Source: Lama glama
Lineage: Eukaryota
Length of the DNA stretch: 64,000 bases
Direction: 5' to 3'
NCBI GenBank assembly: GCA_028534125.1
Contig: CM052847.1
Location: forward strand, 23,126,001 to 23,190,000
Shown here piece after piece: positions 35,916-47,310 of the stretch (position 1 is its first letter; the number at the start of each line of letters is the position of its first letter). The notes below the pieces were generated by a model. It did not search any database. It worked only from the letters and a program-made list of their open reading frames with translations, and was not told the DNA's origin. A program made the position numbers and the translations under genes.

Positions 35916-37224
35916 GTGGTTGGTGGTGATCAGGTTTCCGACTGCGCATTAGTGTCTGGTACAGCCCGAAACATGAAAAAGGAAGAGCTGCGCACACAGC
36001 ACACATTGAGATGAGAACGACGGCTGAGATGAGGGGAGCCTGGTGCCCAGCTGTGTCTGGGTGGGACTGCGGTCACCCGTGTGCGTGGTGAGCCCAGGAG
36101 ACATTCCTGCGAAGGTTAGTAACTGGTGGTTGAAAGATGCCGTGGTGTCTGTGCTGGGCGGTAGCCACGCTGAGGCTGGGCCAGGCCAGCTGGCAGGTGG
36201 GTGACCTCATTCCCGGCTCACCTGGCCTTTGAGTAGGCTGAGGACTTCCCTCAACACAGATCACGTCTAATTCCTGAGGCAAACCCACTCTTCTTGGGTG
36301 CCGTCGGGAGGTGGCAGCCAGTGCCCCCGGGACCGTTGGGTGGAGGGTGCGACTTCGTGCTGTGATGAGCCAGGAAGATACCTGTTTTCCCTTGTTCTTC
36401 ACTAAGGAATCCCCAGTTTTGCTCTGGGAAGCAGTGGGCCCAGCTTAAAACTCACTTCTGCAGCGAGCAGCGGCTGGGAGACAGGCTCTGGAGAATGAGA
36501 TGGTGAGGATTCCTGGGGAGGGAGTCCCTTTTTGGTCCCTTTTTGGATAGAACCCAAACAGCTCTGGGCCCTCTTATTCTCTCTTCTTGCCCGGGACATG
36601 GCTGTGATGTCTGGTGTCAGAGCGGCTTCTTGTGTGAGGAGGAAGGCCACAGGAGGACCGGGGCAGGGTACTGTGTGGGCCCCTGAGGGGCGCTGCCCAC
36701 AGGGCAGGGCTGGAGTTCCTGGTTCAGCACAGAGATCCAGCGCAGTGAACGACATGACTAGAGCTGCATTCAGTGACAGGAGGACAGAGGTGCGTTTCCT
36801 ACAGGGTATAAGGCTATGATCGCATTTCTTGTGGGTTGTTCACAGGAGGAGGATGGTGTCTGTGACCCGAGGAGTGGGGGAATGGTTCTTGGCGGTGGTC
36901 ATCAAACTGGCTCTCGAATGGTCAAGGATGGGGGTTGCCATGAAGGGGCACGAACGGGTTCAGCCGGACTCAGGGCTGTGGAGGCCCAGTAGGTGGTCTT
37001 CGGGCTCCTGCCCTGCTCGGGCGCTTCCCCGCACGTGTCCGGTCTTGACTGACCAGGGGGCAGTGCTGGACCACTCGAGGGGCCTATGTATGAAGGGAAG
37101 GAGAATGAAGTGTGTGGAGTGGAGATGGGGGAGGGCACACGGGGACCCAGGTGCTGCTGATGGGGGCCTCCACCCTGGCCCCTCTGTAGAGTGCCTGGCG
37201 CTGGGGGCTGAACCAGAGCTGTTG

Positions 37225-37450
37225 GGGGCAGCGCTCGGGTTGAGGGTGATGCATGGGCCCAGGTTCTGGTGCTGTCACCTGCTGTCCTTCACCAGCTGTG
37301 TGGCCTCGGGCGGATTGTGTGACCGCTCCCTGCCTCCCTCATTTTCTCGTCTGTAAAGGAGGGGGACCATGGCTCTACCTCAGTCACAAGGCACACTTGC
37401 ATGCTTAAAACAGAGCCTCGCGTGTCCTGGGCAGTCAGTGAATGGTGGCG
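37225..37450 (+). mobile_element. MIR SINE fragment
   Basis: accagctgtgtggcctcgggcggattg...ctccctgcctccctcattttctcgtctgtaaaggagggg...gcttaaaacagagcct. Confidence 0.7.
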
Positions 37451-37568
37451 CCCATTAGTTACTGTCCAGGCTGGCAGCGTTGAGGGTTACATGGCTGGAG
37501 TTTGGGAATAGCATCCCACCGAAACCCTGGTTCCTCGTTTGCTCAGTTTATCAGCTTGCTCTATTTTT

Positions 37569-37696
37569 GGGGGGGAAGGAGGTGACTAGGTTTACTTAGT
37601 ATTAGTTGCTGTTTGTTTAACAGAGGTGCTGGGGATCGAACCCATGGCCTCAAGCATGCTAAGCAGGCACTCTACCACTGAGCTACACCCTCCCCC
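37569..37696 (-). mobile_element. tRNA-Ala-derived SINE, camelid vic-1-like
   Basis: Minus strand reads GGGGAGGGTGTAGCTCAGTGGTAGAGTGCCTGCTTAGCATGCTTGAGGCCATGGGTTCGATCCCCAGCACCTC, then an A-rich linker and an ACCTAGTCACCTCC..CCCCCC tail. A box at 37675-37685, B box at 37633-37642. Imperfect TSD cagcttgctctatttt / cagcttgcttcactttt. Confidence 0.88.
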
Positions 37697-39629
37697 CAGC
37701 TTGCTTCACTTTTGAATATAATTTAAATTGTTTGCTACTTTAGACTGAATCTAGCAGCTTATCGTGTGTGTCATTACACGTGGTTTTCCTCGTTTCCAGT
37801 TTATGGAAATCTCAACACTCAGTGGCCCTTTTCAAGGGGCCTTTGTGAGAATCCTCTCTGTTTTATTCTATTCCCATCTGATGAAATATCCTTCAGCATT
37901 TAATTCTTTTAAATTGAAGCATTGTCATCTTAAAATAAACTTTACTACATACAATTTCAGGTTAACTTCCTTTCTTTTGGGGGGAGGACTTCAGGCAACT
38001 GTTCTCCTCTTGTAAGTAATGAAGAAGATTCAATACACCTTGAAAAGGAGGTCTTTATTCATTTGGACACATTCAGAGCTACTGGCGGCCCTCACCGACG
38101 GCTGTGGCAGGCGTGCGTGAGGCCCTGCCTGGCTGCACGCCGTCTGTGAGTTTAGGAGTCTCCCCCCCTCCCCCCAGGCCTTCCCATGCTGTTCTAACTC
38201 CTCTGGCCTCCCCAGCTCCGGCAGCCAGTCAGCCCTCAGGCCCGGCAGAGCCCGGCTGCACGGTCTCCTCCCCGCGGAGCCTCGCTGGCCCAGGGCGCCC
38301 TCTGCTCTGAGCGGTGCTGAGTCTGGGAGCCGGCCCTGCCAGCTGCCCGCTGTTGTGACGAGTTTGACTTTTTCCATGGCTTTTCCTCTGGGCCGAAGCT
38401 GATGTGCGACTGCCTCTTAGTCATCGTCATGGGACTCGTGTCAGTTTGACCGGAGCTGGCAGAGGTAGGGGCGCCGCCCGGAGCCTCCCATGGCAGTTGG
38501 CCCGGGTAACAGAGGATTTGTTGTCTGCCAGTCGCAGTGGAGCTCAAGCGGTTTGTTATCGTCAGTGTAAACAGTGACCTGCTGAAGAAGCGCCTGGAGT
38601 GCGGGTTGACGTGTTTTCATTTTCAGAGTCGATGTCGGGCCCCTGGATCTAAAATGCAGGAGGTTACCGAGCACAGGCACAGCCCAAGGTGACCCTGCCT
38701 GGGTGTCTGCTGTCAGACAGGCAGTAGGCCTTTCTGGGGCTGGCTGTGCTTTTGGAAACCTCAGAGGGTGAAGTGGGTGCAGCCTGTGCACCCAGAGAAT
38801 ACGCAGGGGCTGGAGGGCCTCCAAGCCTCATGGGCTCCCCGGGCCACCCTCCCACCCGCCTGTCTCCAGGTTGTCGTGGCGATGTGCCCGCGGCTCCGTC
38901 TCAGCACCGGTGAGGCCGTGTTGTCATTTCTCACATGCCCACTAGAGCGACGCCTGCTTGGGGTCTGCTCTCTGAGTCCTTCCTGAATGAGTGTGTTCCT
39001 TAGTTTGGATGTGTCAAGTCCTTGTGGACGGGCTGGTCAAGGCTTCCAGCCGAGCCTGGAAGGCGGCCTTGCCGAGCTGTGCGTGCGGGGCTTTGATCTT
39101 CGCTGGCTGGCAGGAGCCGTGCACCTACCTGCTGTTGGTTGGAGTGGATTCCAGACCCTCAGGGTCTCACTCCTCTTGCCTTCATGCTGTATAAAAATGC
39201 AGCTATTTTAAAGTTTAACACAGCATTTCTTGTGCGTTTTGAAGGAGGTACACGCTAAGTGGGGAGCAGCCGAGTCTCCAGCGGGAGCCAAATTGACGCC
39301 TGTCCTCACCTCGTGTTAGTGCTCGAGGCTCTGGGAACTCCTCGGCTGTATGATGCATGTGCTGTTTATGGCCTGTGGGAGTAGGAAGGGGGCGTGGCCT
39401 CCACTTTACAGACGTGAAGGTGCGACTAGGGCTGTGGACTCGGAGGACACACCTTCCCTCTGTCTTACCCTGACTCTGGGATAGAGGAGAATGAACATAA
39501 CCAGTAAAAGCAATCCAAGCAGAAGCATTAAGAAAGCATACTTTTCCTAAAACATTTTCAAACAGACTAAAAGCAGCTAGTTTTTTTCACTGTTGTTAAG
39601 CAGTGTTGGTTGAAAATTATTTGGCAAAA

Positions 39630-40050
39630 AACACAAGTAATCTCACCACCAGAAATAAACTCTTAATATTATAGCATACATCCTTCCAGGGATTTCTCAG
39701 TACCTGTTCACCACCCAGCTAAGCATCCACCCACCCATCCAACTGCCCATCCAGCTACCCATTCGTGCATCCATCCATCTAACTACCCATTCGTGCATCC
39801 AACCATCCACTCCACCCACCCGTCCAGTTGCCCATCCAACTACCCATTCATGCATCCAACCATCCACCCCTCCATCCACCACCCATCCGTCCGTCCACCC
39901 ATCTGTACTTTAATCTGTACCATATTTTGAAATACAGCTCTATTACTGTTTTTTCTGGTAGTAATATATCATGCAAAATCCCCGTGTTAACAAGTATTCT
40001 TACCAAATGTCGTTTTTAATGGCTGTGTGCTGTGCAGCACATCTGAGTCA
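39630..40050 (-). mobile_element. Old L1 (L1ME-like) 3' fragment interrupted by a simple repeat
   Basis: aatctcaccaccagaaataaactcttaatattatagcatacatccttccag ... gtaatatatcatg ... tcgtttttaatggctg are typical of antisense L1ME 3' ends. Confidence 0.55.
39711..39904. repeat. Degenerate (CCAT/CCAC)n tetranucleotide repeat with higher-order units
   Basis: ccatccaccc arrays containing three copies of ctacccattc(g/a)tgcatcca. Confidence 0.9.
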
Positions 40051-40211
40051 CGAGCACGTCTGTTTTAGATTGGGCAGGTGGGGCCACGCTGTTGGAAGGA
40101 GTGAGGGAGCCTTGTCACACAGTTGGTGCTCCCTGTGCAGACCCAGGAGGGCACAAGGAGGAGCAGGAAGTGGCTGAATTAAAGCCCTAGTTTCGTCCCT
40201 GACGCGGTGCC

Positions 40212-40404
40212 AAGGGAGGGGTGCTCTAGGGAGCGGGTCGGGGGTCAGCAGTGTCATTGTCAAGGGGGAAATGGTCACAAATGCAGATGTGGGGCCCCAG
40301 CCCAGCCCTGCTGAATCAGAAACTGTTGGTGGGGGGACCCTCACACCTGTGTTTCCTCAAGGCTCCTCAGGGTCCTGATGCAGGATGAGGCTTGAGAACC
40401 CCTG
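40212..40404 (+). mobile_element. MER5A-like hAT-Charlie element
   Basis: aaatgcagatgtggggccccagcccagccctgctgaatcagaaactgttggtgggggg...tgtgtttcctcaaggctcctcagggtcctgatgca...gcttgagaaccctg. Confidence 0.8.
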
Positions 40405-40987
40405 CCGTAGGGTTAGGCTGGTCAGGGCCAGCCTCCCTGAGGATACAGTCTTGGGTAAAAGGGCCGTGTCGCAGAGCCTGGTATCAGGAGCTCGGCACGC
40501 ACAGAGGCCCCGACCCTTTCAGAGAGCTTGCCACGTGGTCAGGAGAGTTGGGAACACAGGGCATGAACCCAGGAAGGTGGGTAACAGTACGTGGTAACCC
40601 CACACGAGCCTGAGCCAGGCCAGATGTCCAGTGAGAGGGCTTCTGGGCTTTGGGTCTAGATCTGTCCAGCCAAACGAACCAAGACGTAATTACTACCTGC
40701 TATGTAGAAGGTGCTGTGCTGGAGATTTAGACTAAAATGATACAGCCTTAAAATTAGGCTTTAATAATTAAAGAAGAATGTGTCGGCTTTGAGCCATTTC
40801 CTTATCAGGAGGTGTTTCATCCCAAAACAGTTGGAATGTGGCGTCAACCAGGAACACGAGAGAGTGGCCCTTTTCTGTCTCCTTTCACTCACTCAACACA
40901 GGCAGCCAGGTGCAAGCCGTGGGATTTCAGACCTGGAGTCGGTCCTGGGTTTTGTTTGGTCAACATGGGATTTTAAAACTTTTGAAT

Positions 40988-42035
40988 AAATAAGGAACTC
41001 ATACAATACAACAGCAAAAACACAAAACCAAACCCACACACAGTCTATTTAAAACATGGACAGAGGATCCGAATAGACATCTTTCTGAAGAAAACATACA
41101 GATGGCCGATAGGCACATGAAGAGGTGCTCAGCGTCTCTGATCGTCAGGGAAACGCAGGTCGTAACCACAGTGAGACGCCGCCGCACACCTGTTGGAATG
41201 ACCATTGTCAAGAGGACAAGAGGTAGCAAGTGCCAGTGCGGGCGCGGAGAAAGGGGACCCTCGTGTGCTGCTGGTGGGAACGTAGATTGATGCAGCCCCT
41301 GGAAAACAGTGTGGAGGTTCCTCAAAACGTGTAAAGTGAAACTACCATGTGATCCAGCAGTTTCACTTCGGGGTATTTATTCAGAGGAAATGAAATCAAG
41401 ATCTTGAAGAGATATCCATGTTCCTTGTTGCATTATTTACAAGAGCCAAGACATGGAAGCGACCTAGGTGTGAAATCGGGTGGTTAGTGGATAAAGACAA
41501 TACCGTGTGTGTGTGTGTGTAATGGAACATCGTGCGGCCGTAAAAGGAAGAAAACCCTGCCATTTGCAAGAACGTGGAGGAGCCTGAAGGATGTTATGCT
41601 AAGTGAAGTAGGTGAGAGAAAGGCAAATACAGCATAATTCCACTCATATGTGGAACCTAAAGATGCCAAACTCACAGAACTAAGAGTGGCGTGGTGGCTG
41701 CCCGGGGCTGCGGGAGGGAAATGGGCAGACGCTGGTCAGAGGGTGCAGACTTCCCGTTGTCCGGTGAGTAAGCTCTGGGGACGGAGTGCAGGGGCTGTAG
41801 TTGACAGGGCTGTGTCATATGCTTGGAAGTTGCTAGGAGAATAGATGTTAAATGTCCTTGTGGCTAAAAAAAAAGAAAAAAGAGAAAGAGTGTGAGGTGG
41901 TGGCAGTGTTGTGACCTTGTGGTGGTAATCGTGTAACTGTATGACGGTATGTAAACGTATCAGGTCTCAGATTGTGAACCTTAAACCCACACAACATCTG
42001 TCACGTCTCCAGGACATCTCAGTAAAGGTGAAAAG
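40988..42035 (+). mobile_element. 5'-truncated L1 (L1MA/L1MB-like), ORF2 C-terminus and 3' UTR, sense orientation
   Basis: ORF 41102 (MADRHMKRCSASLIVRETQVVTTVRRRRTPVGM) is a degenerate L1 ORF2. The 3' end is catctcagtaaaggtgaaaag. Imperfect TSD aaacttttgaat (40976-40987) / aaacttctgagt (42036-42047), preceded by tttt/aaaa. Confidence 0.92.
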
Positions 42036-43759
42036 AAACTTCTGAGTTTGTGTCATAAGGAGTTTATCCACGGCAGACCCCCGCGTTTGTCCACCTGCTG
42101 CTCCTGAAGGCATTTGAGTTTGGCATCCCGTTCAGACCCCTGGCGCCTAATCCTGAGACTGGGCCCCCTGCAGCAACCAGGAAGTGCCCGGTGAGTGAAG
42201 CAGATAAGGCTCCCATCTTTGGCCTGATCTTCTGACTCAGTTTAGAGCCTCTCCTTTGTGGTCTGGTGACAGGGAGGGGACAGAGCTTCAGAGTGAGTCT
42301 CGGAGGCCTCTTCAGTCCTAGGTGCCAGGATCTGTGACACTACAGTCACGTCAGTTTGTCATGTGATGACTCGCCGAGGACCAGGTCCTCCAGGCCCTCG
42401 ACCCTCCTGCCTGGCCACAGGGAACTGTGAGGGGCCCCCGGTATGGGGGCCGGGGTCTGGGCGCTGTCGGGCTTCATCTCTGGGATCTGCCCCCTGAAGG
42501 TTGAGTCAGAAACCAGAGGAACTCAGAAGTGCTCTTCCTGGTTCTGTGATGCATTCATGTAAAGTCCCTTTGCCCTGCGCGCTGCTTTTATCCATTGGAA
42601 CTCTCTCTGGGCAAGAGGAGGCGGTGGATGGCTTGTCCTCTCTGGTCTGTGCGGCTGTGAGTCCCCCACACCCCCCCGCCAGCCTAAGGGACCCTACCAC
42701 GTCTGCCCTGCCCCTGCCCCTCACAGGCAGCCCCCATGACAGCCCTGCTCCACTGCAGTCGCACGTGTCTGGGTGACGCCCTGACTGCATCATCACCGCT
42801 CCGTCTGTTCCCAGGCTCTGCTGGCCCCACGGGGTGGCCGGTCCCTGTGTCCCGTTCTTACTGGAGCCTTTCCTCTTGGCTGCTCGTATTCCAAATAGAA
42901 TAATTACTTGAGGAATGTTGGTGCTTTGAAATTTGAATTGGAGTAGAGTAACAATGAATTTGAGAACCATAATTGTTGGGCAGAAGTCAGGTGATCATCT
43001 TCAGGACTGTAGAAACCTGTCCTGGAGTTTAAGGTGAGGACATTTACAATTCCTGGTGCCCAGCGGTGCGCTCCCGGCCCCACGGTTTCTTGTTGACATC
43101 GTGTTGTTGAACTTAACCCAACGCAGTGTCCCCGCATGGAACCAGAAGGCCAGTCACCGAGCAACGCTGAGCGGTCAGAACATGACCGCTTGTCTGAACG
43201 TGGTGAGAGGTTTCTGAACATTGTAATTCCAGTCGGCACTGAGTGTTTAATCGAAAGGACCTCAAGCTTAGAGCCGTTGTGGACCAGTGGTTGCAGCATT
43301 ACTGCTTTTGGCTGGAGAGCATTATCTTTCTGTTTTCTTTTCTTGAGCGGAAGGAAGTGGGGAGGAGGTGACCCTCCAGGAATCCACACACTCGATCCCA
43401 GAGCCGGAATCGGCAGCTGCTTTTCCAGCCCCAGCAGGTGTCTCAGGAAGTGTGACCCTAAAATAGTGTCTTAGAGCGTGCCGGAGGCCTGGAGGACACG
43501 CAGAGCTGAAATAGACACCTGCGCGTGTAGTTCTTTGATTTTGTCTGTTTATTGGGCTTTTTCTGATCAAAAGAAAATGTGTTTTCTGAATTATGCTGAA
43601 GAAGATAAATCATTTTTAAAAACAACCAGAATATGGCATTAAAAAAAGAAACCATTTTCTCTGCTTGTTCTTAGGCTAGAAGTTCCTGGTTTTCGGGTGT
43701 GGACGAGGGACGTCCTCTTGGCTGCACCAGCCTGGTCACAGTCTGGATGTGCCCCCCAC

Positions 43760-43935
43760 CCCGGCTCTGGGCTTCACTTGTGTGGCCTCCCTGCAATGCT
43801 GGGGCAGCTTCATCATTATCCACATTTCTACAGACAGAAAGTTGAGGCCCAGGAAGGGCAGATAACGTGACAAGTGGGTCTCGTTACCGGTGGTGAGGGT
43901 GGGGCGGGGACTCGACAGGGTCTCTCTCACTCATC
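43760..43935 (-). mobile_element. MIR SINE fragment
   Basis: atcattatccacatttctacagacagaaagttgaggcccaggaagggcagataac is the antisense MIR core. Confidence 0.7.
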
Positions 43936-45973
43936 CTGTGTCCCTGGCTGTGGTGGTGCACGAGCGTCTGTGCTTAATGTGTGCACAAGGGCGTGTCTGC
44001 GCTGTTCATAGCAGCTAATACTCAGGTTGGTCCTGCTCTGGTTTTGGACCGTTGGTGGCCCACTGGCCCCTGTGTCTCTCTCTCTTTCCCCAAAGCTGAA
44101 TTTTGAATTTGATTCTTCATCTCCAAGGACCTGGGCCTCCTCAGAACCAAATGTCAGAACCAGTTAACTGCAAACTACAATAACGGTCACATACGTATTC
44201 AATGGGAAAAACAAAACAAAAACTGAAACAGTTTGCCAGCATGACTGAATAATTAAACCGTGAAATAAACCAGTCAATTAATTATTGGATAAGCCAGTGA
44301 ATAAACTGAGTCAGTGTAAGACATATTTATTTTAAATTCAAACCGAGCAGAGTGGTTTTGAGAGTTGGAGGATTCAGTTGTTAAACTTTGACACGATTGA
44401 GCCTTTCTACTCTGCTTAAAGGCCAGGGTTTGAGAATCACTACCCGTCAAAAGCAGTAAAACTTCTAAATTCACGTTTATGATAGGAGACTTGTAAAAAG
44501 CAGAGGAGAACATAAAAGGCCATTTTTTCTCTCCACACGTGCAGATTACTTTTTATTCTTTTCATATCTGCTCATCACCCCCAGTTACCCGTTCAGTCGA
44601 GAGAGATTCCAGGCTTGTGTTGGAGAAACGGAAGTTAGTGGTTTCCTTCATGGTTTAGTTAGTCTCTCAGTCTGCTGCACAGAGTTACACGGTGTAAAGC
44701 GTAAAGACGCTGCGGCCCACCCAGGAGGGCCCCTGGAAATCGGAACTCCGTGTGCTGTTTTCAAGTTCAGCCTGGTTCGGTGTGCCTTTGCCCTGCTCGT
44801 GTGCGAGTGTGTGGCCATGAAGCACACATGCACACGGACGTCAGCAGCCTGTGGCTGCCGCACCACTACAGTCGGAAGAGCAGGAAACGCCCCCGCGGCA
44901 CAGACAGGAGGGAAACGCCGTAAACGCTTAGTAACACTCAGGTAAATGGTGTATAAAAACAGACAGCAGAAAATACATCCAGTCTGACCAGATCGACTTT
45001 CGAACCCTCACGTAAGTAGGTTTTGGCCAGGCGTGACCCTGAGAATAAAGGACGCTGATTTACATTTGATTGGAAGTACTCATCGTGGAGCTGTGCTGAG
45101 CTTGGACAAGCAGACACATCAGTTGTGCATGGCTGAGGTGATTTATTTAAAGCAGTGCCACCTAAGCTGATGGATGGAGGCGTCCACGTCATGAACATGA
45201 GGGCAGAGGGTTACTTTTAGTGTGTTGCCCCTTGGTGTTGCCCCTCCACCCAGTCGGTGTTGAGCGCAGCCGCGCCGTCAGTGAGTGGATGCTCGGCTGA
45301 CGCTGAAGTTGCCTCTTTGACCAGGGCCGTCTGCTGCAGGGACAGGGCCGGCCCGGGGGGCCCACCCGCCAGCACTGTGGCTCAGGCTCCACACCGGGGC
45401 GGGAGTGGGTGGCGGGTGGCTGTGCTGGGCTTGCTGTTTGGCGCATGGCCTGCTCTTCTGTCCCTGCGTGCCACGGAGGAGCTCCGGCCTGCCCTGTCTG
45501 CTGGGTCGGGAATGTCGTAGGTTTTCCCAGGAACGCCGCTTAGCTCCGGATCCTGGGGCTAGGGTGGTGCTGCTGGCGACCTCGGGCTGCCCCGGTTGCT
45601 GTGGCACACGTGCAGAGTCTCCCGTGGCTGGTCAATTTCCAGAGTCCTCGGGTGGTCTCTTCTGTTCAGTTTGGGGTTTTGCCAGTAGAGACTGAAGCCG
45701 TCTTGGGTGCAGCCGTCAGACAGAGATGTGTCCACCGTGAGTGCCCTTGGATGTGATTTGGGTAGATGTCTCACACACACGCACACAGCGTCCTGCTCTG
45801 ACCCCTCGGGAGGTGCCTGGGGTCACCCAGCTGTCCTCCCTCCTCGTGCTCCTGGTCCCACCCCTTTGGCGGCCAGAACCCTGTGGGAGAGCCCTCCATC
45901 TGGAGAGCGCCAGGACATGCCTGCTCGGCACACAGCAGTCCTTGAAGGGCAGCCCCTGCTGGAAGTCTGTCAC

Positions 45974-46368
45974 TGAGAACGGCAGGATGGTGGCCCCCAA
46001 ATGTCGACATCCAACCCCAGGGCCCTGCCGGTGTGCCGGGGTCCTGGCGGGGGTAATCAGGTAACCAAAGCAGGCTGGCCCTGCTGGCCTGGGACAAGCG
46101 CCCTTGAAGATGAGAGAGGGAGGCGTCAGACGGAGGAGATGTGACCCGGGTGGGCCAGGACTCCGGCCGTCACTGGCTCTGCAGATCAGGGAGCAGGCGT
46201 CTCCAGGACGGAAGAGGCCTGGAGCCGCAGGGGAAGCAGCCCTGCAACACCTGACTTTCGCCCCTTGATCCCCTCCGGGCTTCTGACCCCCAGAATTGTA
46301 GGTAAGTCTGTGTGGTCTAAGCTGCTAGGTTTGCGGTGATCTCTTACAGCCACTAGGAAACGAGTACA
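45974..46368 (+). mobile_element. MaLR solo LTR, MLT1D-like, degenerate
   Basis: 5' ggcaggatggtggcccccaaatgtc; 3' gcagccctgcaacacctgac...cttctgacccccagaattgta...taagctgctaggtttgcggtgatctcttacagccactaggaaacgagtaca. Confidence 0.8.
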
Positions 46369-46771
46369 CTGAGCCACACGTGCTGAAATAAATTTGCCTA
46401 ATGGTGCAGAGTACAGATGGGTAAACAGCATAATCAGATCGTGTGATAACTCTGGAGTTGTCTTATTTAGTGAAGAGTCACTGTGTGTCTTTCTTACTAA
46501 CTGAAGTGTAGCTGTTAGAGAGGGTGCGTCTCCACGTAGCCCGGGAGGCACCCACTAGAGTTCTGATTTTGCTCCATTTCGTGGAAAAGGGGCCATCATG
46601 AGAACACGGTTAAGGTTGTGCCCTTGTTGGATTCTGAACTGAGGAAAATACTGGACGTCCTTGTGATATTCGTGATTTTTACATATGCCCCTCCTTTTAG
46701 ACTTCAAGTTCTGGAAAAAGTGAAGAGCTGGCCCAAACTTCCACGAAGGACAGTGCTCAGTGGGTGTGCGG

Positions 46772-46809
46772 CCGTGTGCACGTCCGTGTGCACGTCCACG
46801 TGCACGTCC
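46772..46809. repeat. 12-bp tandem repeat x3
   Basis: ccgtgtgcacgt, ccgtgtgcacgt, ccacgtgcacgt. Confidence 0.85.
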
Positions 46810-47169
46810 GCAGGCTCTGAGCTGTTCCTCCTGACGGACGTGGACGTGGCTGTTTGTCCTCAGGCAGCCACTGGGATAATTATCGAAAGAGGCTTTATTC
46901 CCAAATCACGTGTTATTCTGTGGTTTCAAAGTCTGTAACTGAGTGATAGTCTTCTAGCTTAGCTGCAAAACAGCAAACAGACTGTAATGATTTAAAAATT
47001 ATTACTCAGTAGGCATGGCTGTAAGTACATGTAATTTATGGTGTTAGAATCAGCTGCACCGTAGCGTGAACCACGTGACCTGTGACAGACCGTGGCTGGC
47101 GATGTTTCAGTGTGGGCGGGAGCCTGCACACCCCAGCTCCCTGTGTTACAAGTGACCAGCAGCTGCCTG

Positions 47170-47310
47170 TGACCCCATTTAATCGTCACAAAACCCCCTG
47201 AGGTGGGCTTGATTCTTGCTCCCATTTTACATTTGAGAAACTGAGGCGAGTTAGAGCACGTCTTTAAGGTCCCCCTGCTGGTTAGTGGTAGCTAGGACTT
47301 GTATCTCGGA
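47170..47310 (-). mobile_element. MIR SINE fragment
   Basis: catttaatcgtcacaaaaccccctgaggtggg...cccattttacatttgagaaactgaggc...aaggtc...ggttagtgg. Confidence 0.8.

Noticed and set aside
37624-37696. Functional tRNA-Ala gene
   Set aside because: It has a SINE-type 3' tail and TSD, and stem mismatches, so it is better explained as a tRNA-derived SINE.
44130-44340. AT-rich segment resembling a Tigger-like DNA transposon (also a hAT-like end near 15210-15232)
   Set aside because: I could not identify terminal inverted repeats or a family by eye; left unannotated pending a Dfam search.
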